Shown: positions 1 through 9,113, counted from the stretch's first letter. The stretch: DNA of 64,000 nt from Alphaproteobacteria bacterium (GCA_017308135.1 JAFKFM010000010.1:46296-110295); one strand, 5' to 3'. Numbers and translations are program-made. Notes: generated from the sequence alone by a model not told the origin.

Positions 1-1265
1 TCGAACTCCGCGCGGCGCGCAAAGGGCACGCAAGCGTCGATGCCCATGCGGCCCCAATGGTCCTTGTGCGGATCGCGATAGAAGGTCGGCGTTTCCGGCA
101 CGATGATCGTGTCGCGATCGGGACGCGCACGGGTCAAGATCGCCCAGAAAACGTCGTTGAAATCGTAAAGATCGACGTCTTCGTCGACGACCGTGACGTA
201 TTTCGCCCAGGTCGGCTCCGCCCCCAGCACCGCCTGCAGCACTTGGCGCGCGTGGCCTTCGTATTGCTGACGGATCTGCACCACCGCATGGAAGGCGAAG
301 GGCAGGCAGATGACGTCGATGATGCCGGGCAGGATCGCGTTGATGCGCTGGAAGATGTTCGCCGCGATGGTGATTTCCAGCGTCAGCACTTCCTCGGGCG
401 AGCCGCACAGGATGCTGTGGAACACCGCGTTCGGCCGGGCGGTCACGCCCAGCACTTCGAACACCGCGTTGTTGTCGACCGGCACGTAATAACCCATGAA
501 CTCGCCGAACGGGCCTTCGGGGCGGCGTTCGTTGGGCAGGAAGCGGCCTTCGATCACGATCTCGGTACTCGCGGGAACTTTCAGATCGATATGCTTGCAG
601 GGGCGCATCTCGATCGGCTTGCCGCGCAATTGGGCGGCAACCTCGACCTCGTCGGCGTCGTAAGGCAGCGGCGTGGCCGCCGTCAGGAACAATTGGGGCG
701 GCGGGCCGATCAACATCGCCGCTTCCAGCGGCTTGCCCATCTTCTCCGCCTTCTCGTGATACATCGTCAAATGATGGCGCGGGGCGAGGCGTACGCGCAG
801 TTCCTCGTCGCTCACATACATCGAGCGATGGAAGGACAGGTTGCGCACCTTGGTTTCCGGCTCCTCGGCCAGGAAGATCGCCGAGGTGAAATAGGGGCCC
901 GCGTCGCGCTCGGAATAGGTGATGAGCGGCAGATCGCTGACCTTCACGTCCTCCAAATCCTTGGGCAGCGGCACCTGGCGGATCGGCGGCTCCTTCAGCT
1001 TGGTGCCGAGCGTGGTGAGTTGATGCCATTTGCGGCAGAAATCCGTCGGCTTGATGCCCAGGATCTGCGCCAGCCGCGTACGATTGCTGTAGATCGACGT
1101 CAAAACCGGAAAGCGCGAGCCCGTGACCTTTTCAAACAGCAGCGGCTTGTCGTGCTTCTTCTGCACGAGGTCCGTGATTGCGGCGAGCTGGTGCTTGGCC
1201 TGCACCTCGCGCTCCACCTTCAGAAGCTGGCCTTGGGATTGGAGGGATTTCATAAACTCGCGCAT
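1..1265 (-). CDS. UbiD-family (prenylated-FMN-dependent) decarboxylase, N-terminal ~420 aa; C-terminus lies beyond window edge
   Basis: Manual translation of the minus strand from ATG at 1265 gives an uninterrupted frame to position 1, starting MREFMKSLQSQGQLLKVEREV... This is UbiD/3-octaprenyl-4-hydroxybenzoate-carboxy-lyase-family sequence. It is absent from the ORF track because it runs off the edge. The + strand ORF 57..1283 is its antisense shadow. Confidence 0.75.
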   Translation of the reverse strand, partial: MREFMKSLQSQGQLLKVEREVQAKHQLAAITDLVQKKHDKPLLFEKVTGSRFPVLTSIYSNRTRLAQILGIKPTDFCRKWHQLTTLGTKLKEPPIRQVPLPKDLEDVKVSDLPLITYSERDAGPYFTSAIFLAEEPETKVRNLSFHRSMYVSDEELRVRLAPRHHLTMYHEKAEKMGKPLEAAMLIGPPPQLFLTAATPLPYDADEVEVAAQLRGKPIEMRPCKHIDLKVPASTEIVIEGRFLPNERRPEGPFGEFMGYYVPVDNNAVFEVLGVTARPNAVFHSILCGSPEEVLTLEITIAANIFQRINAILPGIIDVICLPFAFHAVVQIRQQYEGHARQVLQAVLGAEPTWAKYVTVVDEDVDLYDFNDVFWAILTRARPDRDTIIVPETPTFYRDPHKDHWGRMGIDACVPFARRAEF

Positions 1266-1286
1266 CGCGACTTTCCTTTTTGAGCC

Positions 1287-2090
1287 TTATCTCGTGAACG
1301 CCGACAGGCCGACCATCCGCTCCACGGCGAAGATCAGCAGGATCGAAAACAGGATGGTGATGGTCGAAACCGCGGCGATCAGCGGTTCGAATTGCCATTG
1401 CAGATAAAAGAAGATTTCGACCGGCAGCGGCGCGAATTCCGGCGTCGAAAGGAAGATCGACAGCGGATAATTGTTCCAGGACACGATGAAGCTGAGCAGC
1501 GCGCCGCCCGCCACGCCCATGCGCACTTGGGGGAAGGTGATCTTGAAGAAGGCGCGCACCGGGTGCTCGCCCAGCATGATCGCCGCTTCCTCCAGCGACG
1601 GATCGGTGTTCTGAAGATTGGCCATGATGGTGCGCAATGGGAAGGGCAGCGTGATGATGATGTGCCCGATGGTCAGCGCCAGGAACGAGCGGCCAATACC
1701 AACCGTGATCGCCGCCTGATAGATCGCAAGGCCGATGACGACCGTGGGGATCAGCAGCGGCGACATCAAAAACTGCGTGACGACACCTTTGCCGCGGAAG
1801 GGGTAGCGCACGATCGCCATGGCGGCGCACAGCGCCACGCCGGCCGACACGGCGGCCGCGACGATGCCGATCTGGATGCTGAGAAAGAACGCGCGGACGA
1901 AATTGTCGGCGGCGAAAGCGCGCTTGTACCAATCCAGCGTGAAGCCTTCCGGCGGGAAGACGATATGCCGGGGATTGAACGACGACGCGACGATCACGAC
2001 GATCGGTGCGATCATCACCGCGATCCAGAACAGGCCGAAGATGGCGAGTGCGATGCGGGCGGGGCTGCGGAAGCCGGAATCGGCGTACAT
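1287..2090 (-). CDS. ABC transporter permease (spermidine/putrescine PotC/PotI-like)
   Basis: 267-aa ORF, multi-TM, binding-protein-dependent transport inner-membrane signature region, immediately downstream of a second permease and an ATPase. Confidence 0.85.
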   Translation of the reverse strand: MYADSGFRSPARIALAIFGLFWIAVMIAPIVVIVASSFNPRHIVFPPEGFTLDWYKRAFAADNFVRAFFLSIQIGIVAAAVSAGVALCAAMAIVRYPFRGKGVVTQFLMSPLLIPTVVIGLAIYQAAITVGIGRSFLALTIGHIIITLPFPLRTIMANLQNTDPSLEEAAIMLGEHPVRAFFKITFPQVRMGVAGGALLSFIVSWNNYPLSIFLSTPEFAPLPVEIFFYLQWQFEPLIAAVSTITILFSILLIFAVERMVGLSAFTR

Positions 2091-2092
2091 GG

Positions 2093-2986
2093 TTAGCGTC
2101 CTCCGGCGGCGCGGTTGAGCGCCAGCGTCACGACGGCGAGGGAGATCAGCGTCGCGCCGAGCAGGATGAAGCTCATCGCCGACGCGAAGGCGACGTTGCC
2201 GGAGACGTTGGCGGTCCGATAGATCAACATGCCCAGCATGGGCACTTTGCCGCCGCCCAGAAGCTGCGGAATGGCGAAGGATGCGATCGAAATGCAGAAG
2301 ATCAGCACGAAACCGCTGAGCACGCCCGGCAGGGTCGCCGGAAAGATCACACGGCGGAAGACGTAGGGGCCGCTCGCGCCCAGGGAATAGGCGGCTTCGA
2401 CTTGGCGTTGGTCGATCTGCTCGATCACACCGATCATCGCGATGACGAAGAAGGGAATGGCGAGATAGGTGAGACCGATGACGACCCCCGTCTCGTTATA
2501 GAGAAGTTGCAAGGCGGGCAGGCCGATATACTGCGCCAATCCCACGACCGGTCCGTTGTCGAACAGCAGCAACATGATGCCGAAAACGCGGATGACGGTG
2601 TTGAGCCAGAGCGGGCAGACGATCGCCGCGATGAGCGCCGCCTTGAACTTCTGATTGCGCGTCTGCGCCACGAAAAAGGCGAGCGGATACCCGATCAACA
2701 CGGCGAGAAGGCAGGACAGCAGCGATACGCGTACCGTCGTCCACAGGATGCGCTCGAGATAGAAGACGTCGCCCAGGAAACGCGTGTAATTCTCCGCGCT
2801 CATGGGGCCGAGGAAGACCGGCTGCTGTCCGGGGGGCGTGACGCTGAACTGGGCGAGCCACGCGAGCGGAAAGCCGAACAGTCCGATCAGGATAAGCGCG
2901 GACGGCAGAAGCAGCAGCCAATGCGGCCTGATCGCCGGCAAAAAGCGCCGGGGCGGTGCGGCGATAATCGGGGTGGGGGCGGTCAT
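2093..2986 (-). CDS. ABC transporter permease (PotB/PotH-like)
   Basis: Real start taken at MTAPTPIIAAPP (cat at 2984-2986), which gives a 297-aa hydrophobic permease. The upstream Arg-rich 270 aa of track ORF 2093..3793 is read-through overlapping the ATPase gene. The start overlaps the ATPase stop by 4 nt. Confidence 0.85.
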   Translation of the reverse strand: MTAPTPIIAAPPRRFLPAIRPHWLLLLPSALILIGLFGFPLAWLAQFSVTPPGQQPVFLGPMSAENYTRFLGDVFYLERILWTTVRVSLLSCLLAVLIGYPLAFFVAQTRNQKFKAALIAAIVCPLWLNTVIRVFGIMLLLFDNGPVVGLAQYIGLPALQLLYNETGVVIGLTYLAIPFFVIAMIGVIEQIDQRQVEAAYSLGASGPYVFRRVIFPATLPGVLSGFVLIFCISIASFAIPQLLGGGKVPMLGMLIYRTANVSGNVAFASAMSFILLGATLISLAVVTLALNRAAGGR

Positions 2987-4056
2987 TGCACCGCCTTGGG
3001 GACAAGGCAGCCGCCATCGAAGCGGACATGAACGAACTCGCCGCCACCCAGCGGGGTGCGGCTGTCGAAGAATACGTCGCCGCCATTGTCGAGCATCAGT
3101 TGGTAGCGATAGACATTGCCCAGGAACAGAAACTCCACGATACGCGCCCGCATCGCGCCGGCTTCGCCGGACGAAGCGAGGACCACTTCTTCCGGCCGGA
3201 CGGCCAGAAGGGCGCGGTCGCCGCGCGCGAAAGCCTCGATGCGGCGCAGCTTCGGCACGCTGACTTCCATGCCGTCTGTCGTGCGCAGCCACGCGGTTCC
3301 GTCGGCGCCCGCACCGTCGAGCCCCACGTCCAGGAACGTCGCCTTGCCGATGAAGCGTGCGACGAACTCGGTGCGCGGCTCGAAGTAAATTTCGTGCGGC
3401 GAGCCGTGTTGCTCGATCTGGCCGAGATTCATGACGACGACCTGATCGGACAGCGATAGCGCCTCGTCCTGGTCGTGGGTGACGTAGATGGTCGTTTGGG
3501 CGATGCTGCGCTGAAGATGCTTCAACTCCAAGCGCATGTCTTCGCGCAGCTGACGATCCAGATTGCTGAGCGGTTCGTCGAGCAACAATAGCGGGGGATT
3601 GATGACCAGCGCGCGGGCGAGCGCCACGCGCTGCTGCTGGCCGCCGGACAATTCGCGTGGTGTACGCTGGGCAAGGCCGCCGAGATGCAAACGTTCGATG
3701 GCGGAGGTGACGCGTGTGGCGATCTCCGCTTCCGGTAGTTTGCGCACGCGCAAGCCGAACGCGACGTTCTCGAACACACTCATATGCGGCCACAGCGCGT
3801 AGCTTTGGAACACCATGCCGATGCCGCGATGGCGCGGCGAGACATTGGTCATGTCCTGGCCGTCGATATGGATCGAGCCGCTATCGGCCTTCAGAAATCC
3901 CAGAACGATACGCAATGTCGTCGTCTTGCCGCAGCCGCTATGCCCGAGAAGCGATACGAACTGGTTGCGCTTGATGTCGAGCGACACGCCTTTCAGGACA
4001 CGGACGGGGCCGTATCGTTTCTCGAGATTGCGGACGGAGACGAAGGAGTCGGACAT
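2983..4056 (-). CDS. ABC transporter ATP-binding protein (PotA/PotG-like, with C-terminal TOBE-like extension)
   Basis: Walker A GHSGCGKTT, signature LSGGQQQRVALARAL, Walker B LLLDEP, H-loop; 357 aa. Confidence 0.9.
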   Translation of the reverse strand: MSDSFVSVRNLEKRYGPVRVLKGVSLDIKRNQFVSLLGHSGCGKTTTLRIVLGFLKADSGSIHIDGQDMTNVSPRHRGIGMVFQSYALWPHMSVFENVAFGLRVRKLPEAEIATRVTSAIERLHLGGLAQRTPRELSGGQQQRVALARALVINPPLLLLDEPLSNLDRQLREDMRLELKHLQRSIAQTTIYVTHDQDEALSLSDQVVVMNLGQIEQHGSPHEIYFEPRTEFVARFIGKATFLDVGLDGAGADGTAWLRTTDGMEVSVPKLRRIEAFARGDRALLAVRPEEVVLASSGEAGAMRARIVEFLFLGNVYRYQLMLDNGGDVFFDSRTPLGGGEFVHVRFDGGCLVPKAVQ

Positions 4057-4149
4057 CGGGATGATCCAGTGACTGCAAAAGCGTATCGGGGAAGGCTCAC
4101 GGCCGGCGCATCATGGGGAACGCGCCGGCCGCGATCGCGAGGTGGCGCT

Positions 4150-5169
4150 TCAGCGGAAGGCGACTTCCTTGTTCCAGCGCTCTTCCCAGGCGCGGTTATT
4201 GGCGTCGATATATTCCCAATCGACGTTGATCAGGCTTTCGATCGCATCCTTGCCGTGCGGCACGCGCGCGGCAATTTCGGGCTCGAGCACGGCTTTCGAA
4301 TTGGCCGTGCCGTAGTTCATGATCTTGGCGAGGTTTGCCGCGATCTCGGGGCTCAGCAGGAAGTTGACGAGCTTCATCGACAATTCCGTGTTGGGACGCC
4401 CGGCGACGACTTGCAGCGTGCCGATCAACGCGAACCCGCCCGGCTTCGGATTGACGAACTTGACCGGCAGGTTCTGGTCGGTCGCGAGCCAGTTGGCGCG
4501 GCCATTGGTGCAGGTCGAGGCCCAGACCTGGCCGGTGCGGAACAGCGTCGAGAGATCGCCCCAATTCTCGTAGTATTTGGCGACGCTGGGTGCCAGCTCG
4601 GCCATCTTCTTGAACCCGGCATCGGGCTTGCGTTCGTCGCCGCCGTTCAACTTGGCCATCGTCACCAGCAGGCTGATCGAATCGACGCGATAGCTGCGGA
4701 TGCTGACGCGGCCTTTGAGATCATTGCGCCACAGATCGGACCAGTTCTCGATCGGACCCGTGCGGCCGGGCAGGTAGCAAACGCCGAAACTGCCGTAGAA
4801 CAAGCCGACCTGATAGGGATCCATCGCCGCGACGGGGTAAAGATCCGCCATGTTGGGGATCTTCGACTTGTCGAGCGGAACCAGCAGCTTCTCCTTCTGC
4901 ATTTGATAGGAGTAGACCGGGTCGGTGATCAGAACATCGACCTCCTTGTTGCGTGCCATCGTCACCGTCGGCGCGCCGAGCCCCGCGACGATGTTGACGC
5001 GCACGTTGTTCTCGCGTTCGAATTTCGGCAGATGCGGCTCGAACACGGCCTTCATGGGGCCGAGTTCCGTGGCGTTCATGGTGATCGTCGTCTGCGCGGC
5101 GGCGGTACCGGACATCTGGCACGCGAAAGCTGCTGCGAAGGCGACGGAAAGGCTTCCCTGTATGCGCAT
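4150..5169 (-). CDS. ABC substrate-binding protein, family 1 (polyamine/PotD-PotF-like)
   Basis: 339 aa with an N-terminal signal peptide (MRIQGSLSVAFAAAFACQMSGTAAAQ). Sits upstream of the ATPase and permease genes on the same strand. Confidence 0.8.
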   Translation of the reverse strand: MRIQGSLSVAFAAAFACQMSGTAAAQTTITMNATELGPMKAVFEPHLPKFERENNVRVNIVAGLGAPTVTMARNKEVDVLITDPVYSYQMQKEKLLVPLDKSKIPNMADLYPVAAMDPYQVGLFYGSFGVCYLPGRTGPIENWSDLWRNDLKGRVSIRSYRVDSISLLVTMAKLNGGDERKPDAGFKKMAELAPSVAKYYENWGDLSTLFRTGQVWASTCTNGRANWLATDQNLPVKFVNPKPGGFALIGTLQVVAGRPNTELSMKLVNFLLSPEIAANLAKIMNYGTANSKAVLEPEIAARVPHGKDAIESLINVDWEYIDANNRAWEERWNKEVAFR

Positions 5170-5207
5170 TTTCCTTCCTCCTTGCCTGATCGGGTGGTCG
5201 GTTTAAT

Positions 5208-6401
5208 TCACGCGGCGGTATCGGACGGGGCCGTGGCGCGCGCGGCGTTTTCGAACGCCGCGAGAAACTGGTCGTTATCTTCCGCATGGCCGATGCTGAC
5301 GCGTAGCCATGTCGCGAAATTCCCGCCCCACGGTTTGACGATCACCCCGTGGCGAAGCAGCGCTTGGGCCATGGCGGCGGCCGGACGCTTGGCATCGAAG
5401 AACAGGAAATTCGCCCGGCTTGGCGCCGGTTCGTGGCCCATCGCCGTCAGCGCGCGGGCGACGCGATCGCGCTCCGCGAGCGTGGCGGAAACGGATTTGG
5501 CGACCGCCGCTTGATCGGACCACGCGGCACGCGCGGCGATTTGGGCGAGGCGATTGACGTTGAACGCCGTGCGTACGAGATCGAGATGCCGCGCGAAAGC
5601 GGATTCGGACGCGACGCCATAGCCGACGCGCAGCCCCGCAAGTCCATAGGCCTTCGAGAAAGTCCGCAGGGCAAGATAGCGTTTGCCCATCCGGTCGAGC
5701 ATCGGAATGCTCTCGGGGTAGTCGCCGCCGCGCGCGTATTCGTAATAGGCCTCGTCGGCGACGATTACCGTGTCTGGATGGGCGGCGGCGCAGATGGCTT
5801 CGAATTCCGCCGCCGGAATGGCGTTGCCGGTCGGATTGTTCGGATTGCACAAAAACAGGAGCTTCGTGCGCGCCGTCAGGGCGGCGATCGTTGCGGCGGC
5901 GTCGAGCGAAAGATCGGCCTTGCGCGGTACGTCGATGACCGTCGCCCCCATCACGATCGCGTTATCTCGATAGACGGAGAAGGTGGGGGAGGAAAGTACG
6001 ACCTCGTCGCCCGGATTGATGAAGCAGCGGCAGGCGAAGGCGAGAATGTCTTCCGATCCGTTGCCGAAGATCAGGCGATCGGTGGCGACGCCCAGCGAGC
6101 GCGCGATATCTTCACGCAGATCCCGGCAATTCGGATCGGGATAATGTTCGAGCGAAGCCGCTTCCGCCAAAGCGGCGCGCACGCGCGGGCTGGGGCCATA
6201 CGGATTCTCGTTGCTACCGAGCTTGGCGATGCGCGGCGGCGCATAGAGGCGGCGGATTTCCTCCACCCCCAAGCCGGCATTATACGGCACGAGGGTCGTG
6301 ACCGCCTCGCGATACAGCGCGCGCGCTCCTGTTCCGTCGTCGGCATTTTTTGTGATCGAGGTCACGTGCCGCACTGCCCTGCTTATGTATGTCGAGGGCA
6401 A
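5208..6401 (-). CDS. PLP-dependent aminotransferase, class I/II (histidinol-phosphate aminotransferase HisC-like)
   Basis: LVPYNAG...NENP motif region typical of HisC-family proteins. The true start is probably an internal GTG/ATG roughly 10-15 codons downstream of the ORF-track start. Confidence 0.7.
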   Translation of the reverse strand: MPSTYISRAVRHVTSITKNADDGTGARALYREAVTTLVPYNAGLGVEEIRRLYAPPRIAKLGSNENPYGPSPRVRAALAEAASLEHYPDPNCRDLREDIARSLGVATDRLIFGNGSEDILAFACRCFINPGDEVVLSSPTFSVYRDNAIVMGATVIDVPRKADLSLDAAATIAALTARTKLLFLCNPNNPTGNAIPAAEFEAICAAAHPDTVIVADEAYYEYARGGDYPESIPMLDRMGKRYLALRTFSKAYGLAGLRVGYGVASESAFARHLDLVRTAFNVNRLAQIAARAAWSDQAAVAKSVSATLAERDRVARALTAMGHEPAPSRANFLFFDAKRPAAAMAQALLRHGVIVKPWGGNFATWLRVSIGHAEDNDQFLAAFENAARATAPSDTAA

Positions 6402-6438
6402 TTAGGTCAGATATTCCCGCCGTCGTCAATGAGTGTTA

Positions 6439-6450
6439 TATACTAGTATA
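6439..6450. promoter_or_regulatory. Perfect 12-bp palindrome TATACTAGTATA in AT-rich divergent promoter region
   Basis: Self-complementary sequence seen directly in the 60-bp gap between the aminotransferase operon (-) and the FGase-ubiX pair (+). The local AT content is strikingly above background. Confidence 0.4.
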
Positions 6451-6460
6451 GGGTATATGG

Positions 6461-7273
6461 TTGGGATCGATGGAACCGCTCTATAAATTCACGTCCGGCG
6501 ACGCGCCGGTTTTGGTGAGCGTGCCGCATGCGGGCACGCATATTCCCGCAGAAATCGCATCCACGATGACACCGGCGGCGCTGCGAGTCGAGGATACGGA
6601 TTGGTTCGTGGATGCGCTTTACGATGTCGCGCCGGCGCTCGGCATCGGATTGTTGACGGCAACGCATTCGCGCTATGTCGTTGATCTCAATCGCGCGCCC
6701 GACGACGTTTCGCTTTATCCGGGAAAGAGTGTGACGGAGCTCGTGCCGACCACGACATTCGCGCACCAGCCGATCTATGCGCCGGGCCATGTCCCGGATG
6801 CGGACGCGATCGCGCGGCGCGTCGCGCGCTATTGGCGGCCCTATCATACGCTGCTGCGCGACGAACTCGATCGCCTGACGGCGAAATACGGCGCGGTAGT
6901 GTTGTGGGATGGGCATTCGATCCGCAGCGTCGTGCCGCGTTTCTTCGACGGCGTGCTGAGCGATATGAATTTTGGCACCGCCAAAGGCCAAGCGGCAAGC
7001 GCGTCGCTCGTCGCGGCGGTGTCCAGCGCCGCGAACTCGGAAGACGCTTTCGGCGCCGTTTGGGACGATCGTTTTATCGGCGGCTACATCACGCGGACCT
7101 ACGGCAAGCCGGCGGCGCGAGTTCATGCCATTCAACTGGAAATGACATGGCGGACCTATATGGTGGAGCAGGCGCCATATAAACTCGATCCGGGCCGCGC
7201 CGCCAAAGCGCGCGCCTATATCGCCGCCTGTTTGCGTGCCGCCCGCGATTGGGCGCGCGCGCAACGCGCGTAA
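6461..7273 (+). CDS. N-formylglutamate amidohydrolase family protein (HutG-like)
   Basis: SVPHAGTHIP...DLNR...WDGHS motifs characteristic of the FGase family. TTG start at 6461, alternative ATG at 6470. Confidence 0.75.
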   Translation: MGSMEPLYKFTSGDAPVLVSVPHAGTHIPAEIASTMTPAALRVEDTDWFVDALYDVAPALGIGLLTATHSRYVVDLNRAPDDVSLYPGKSVTELVPTTTFAHQPIYAPGHVPDADAIARRVARYWRPYHTLLRDELDRLTAKYGAVVLWDGHSIRSVVPRFFDGVLSDMNFGTAKGQAASASLVAAVSSAANSEDAFGAVWDDRFIGGYITRTYGKPAARVHAIQLEMTWRTYMVEQAPYKLDPGRAAKARAYIAACLRAARDWARAQRA

Positions 7274-7287
7274 TAGGAAAGGGTGCG

Positions 7288-7866
7288 ATGACGCAACGGT
7301 TGATCGTCGGCATTTCTGGCGCATCGGGCGCGATCTACGGCATTCGCTTGCTGCAGGTGGCGCGCGCCGCAGGATTGGAAACGCACCTCGTCGTCACCAA
7401 AACGGCGGCGCAGACGATCGCCTGCGAAACCGACCACTCCTTGAAGGACGTCTGCGAAATGGCGGATGTCGTGCATTCGGCGGCCGATCTTGGTGCGGCG
7501 ATCTCCTCGGGATCGTTCCGCACGCTCGGCATGATCGTGGCGCCGTGTTCGATGCGTTCGCTGTCCGAAATCGCCTACGGCAACACCGGCGGTCTGTTGA
7601 CGCGCGCGGCCGACGTGCAACTCAAGGAGCGCCGCCGCGTGGTTTTGCTGGCGCGCGAGGCGCCGCTGCATCTGGGGCATTTGCGCGCGATGACGCAGGC
7701 GACGGAGATCGGCGCCGTTGTCTTGCCGCCCGTGCCGGCCTTCTACAATCGGCCGCAGACTCTCGACGATATCGTCGATCACACGGTCGGCCGTGCGCTC
7801 GATCTTTTCGGCGTCGAGAGCGGGATCGTGAAGCGTTGGAAAGACTCGGGATCGTCGTGCTCGTAG
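7288..7866 (+). CDS. ubiX: UbiX-family flavin prenyltransferase (prenylated-FMN synthase)
   Basis: MTQRLIVGISGASGAIYG N-terminus and overall UbiX/Pad1 similarity. The track ORF begins 13 codons earlier at a non-ATG start. Confidence 0.85.
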   Translation: MTQRLIVGISGASGAIYGIRLLQVARAAGLETHLVVTKTAAQTIACETDHSLKDVCEMADVVHSAADLGAAISSGSFRTLGMIVAPCSMRSLSEIAYGNTGGLLTRAADVQLKERRRVVLLAREAPLHLGHLRAMTQATEIGAVVLPPVPAFYNRPQTLDDIVDHTVGRALDLFGVESGIVKRWKDSGSSCS

Positions 7867-7912
7867 GATGGCTTCGTGGGCGATTCCACATCCGGACGTT
7901 TGAATTGAGAAG

Positions 7913-7932
7913 CTGACGCTCCGCTGCGTCAG
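7913..7932 (+). terminator. Hairpin CTGACGC-tccgct-GCGTCAG downstream of ubiX
   Basis: 7-bp perfect stem seen in sequence, followed by TTTCC. Immediately precedes repeat copy 1. Confidence 0.35.
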
Positions 7933-8117
7933 TTTCCACAAAAGGCCTCAAAATGCTTCGATATTGTGGAAAACAATATTGAAACAATTGAATTCTATAC
8001 GGTCTGGGGGACTGGGCTCGCGGCGATGCCGCTCGGGATTCGAATCCCGCCGCTCCGACCACTCGCAAGAGACGAAGAAGCCCGCCCTGGGAAATCAGCG
8101 GCGGGCTTCGGCGTTTT
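7933..8117 (+). repeat. Dispersed element copy 1 (variant): conserved 5' box + AT-rich spacer + tRNA-like 3' module (7999..8061, ends ACCA) + terminator hairpin (8077..8118)
   Basis: Shares TTTTCCACAAAAGGCCTCAAAATGC, ACGGTCTGGGGGACTGGG, TTCGAATCCCGCCGCTCCGACCA and GAAGCCCGCC..GGCGGGCTTCGGCGTTTTT with the three other copies. Differs by a ~22-nt replacement (CTCGCGGCGATGCCGCTCGGGA) inside the tRNA-like module. Confidence 0.8.
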
Positions 8118-8432
8118 TCGACGGCCGTGGACGCGTGGTGCACGCTCATTCCAAAAGATAGCTTCAGATGGAAAAGGTGGCTTGCGAATATTATGAACAA
8201 AGGCGCATTCGCTGTTCGACGGCATATGCAACAGCGTCTCGCATGACGCCCCAGACCAAGCGGAGCCTCCCTCACGAGCCGCGTCTGAAGCGTTAAGCAA
8301 GCCAAGCGCGTTATGGGCACCGCAACTCGTCGCGATCGCGGCGCCGACAGCGACGATCGCAAAGATAAAATCAGCTTGTCGATGGCGTAAAACTATCATT
8401 CTTTCCGAAACTCAACAGCCTCATCGGTTCGC

Positions 8433-9113
8433 ATGAACGATTCAACGTCCCCCACGGCAGACGTAAGATCTGCCGGTCGTTACATTCTCATTGGTATTCT
8501 CACCGTTGCGCCACTGACGGTTACCTGGATTATTCTCGATTTTCTTTTTGCGCAGTTATCGAGGGTCGGGAAGCCTTGGGTCGCGACGATTGCGCGCGGA
8601 ATCGCTCCGGAAAGTCCAGGCACAGCCCAGTTATTGCAGAATGAGACGTTCCAATCGTTTGTTGCCGTTGGCGTTGTTTTATTGGGATTGTGGCTGCTCG
8701 GCTGGGTGGCGAGCCGCGTCATCGGGCGGCGCTTAATCGGAATTTTCGAACGCCTGATTGGGCTCATTCCCTTTGTAGATAAGGTATATCACGCGACCCA
8801 ACGCTTCTTGACCATCGCCGGTGGTACGCAAGACGGCGCGCGCCGTGTGGTGTTAATCGAATTTCCGTCGCGCGATATGAAAGTAGTCGGGTTTGTGACG
8901 AAGACGCTTGTCGATGCGAATTCGGGTACCCAATTGGCAGCTGTTTATGTGCCGACGGCGCCGAATCCGACTTCGGGTTATGTCGAGATTGTGCCAATCG
9001 AGAATCTGGTATTCATCGACTGGACATTCGACGAGGCGATGGCCTTCATCGTGACTGGTGGCTCCAGTGCGCCGGATCGGATCGCATACAGCCACCCACC
9101 GCCACGCGGCTAA
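8433..9113 (+). CDS. DUF502-family membrane protein
   Basis: 226 aa, two N-terminal TM helices, and the VPTAPNPTSGYVEIVP motif typical of DUF502. Confidence 0.75.
   Translation: MNDSTSPTADVRSAGRYILIGILTVAPLTVTWIILDFLFAQLSRVGKPWVATIARGIAPESPGTAQLLQNETFQSFVAVGVVLLGLWLLGWVASRVIGRRLIGIFERLIGLIPFVDKVYHATQRFLTIAGGTQDGARRVVLIEFPSRDMKVVGFVTKTLVDANSGTQLAAVYVPTAPNPTSGYVEIVPIENLVFIDWTFDEAMAFIVTGGSSAPDRIAYSHPPPRG

Noticed and set aside
57-1283. 408-aa + strand ORF at the window start
   Set aside because: It is the antisense shadow of the UbiD-family gene on the minus strand. Its product is Arg/Asp/His-rich low-complexity with no family resemblance. The minus-strand frame gives a clean UbiD sequence.
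2093-3793. 566-aa minus-strand ORF spanning the permease and ATPase region
   Set aside because: Only the C-terminal 297 aa (from MTAPTPII at 2986) is a permease. The N-terminal part is Arg-rich read-through in an alternative frame of the ATPase gene.
3784-5514. 576-aa + strand ORF
   Set aside because: It is antisense to the ABC ATPase and SBP genes. The composition is Arg/Gly/Asp-rich with no motifs. A typical high-GC shadow ORF.
7954-7983. 9-codon micro-ORFs inside the element 5' region (MLRYCGKQY*, MLRYRGKHC*, MHRYYGKYN*)
   Set aside because: There is no Shine-Dalgarno sequence. The frame is not preserved in copy 4. The apparent conservation follows from the conserved inverted repeat, not from coding constraint.
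7999-8430. The tRNA-like element as the acceptor piece of a two-piece (permuted) alphaproteobacterial tmRNA
   Set aside because: There are four copies rather than one. No 5' acceptor strand (CGGAGCG or a GGGG-type strand) and no ANDN...AA-type tag reading frame lie downstream of any copy. The closest downstream match (GCGGAGCC at ~8262) pairs over only 6 bp.
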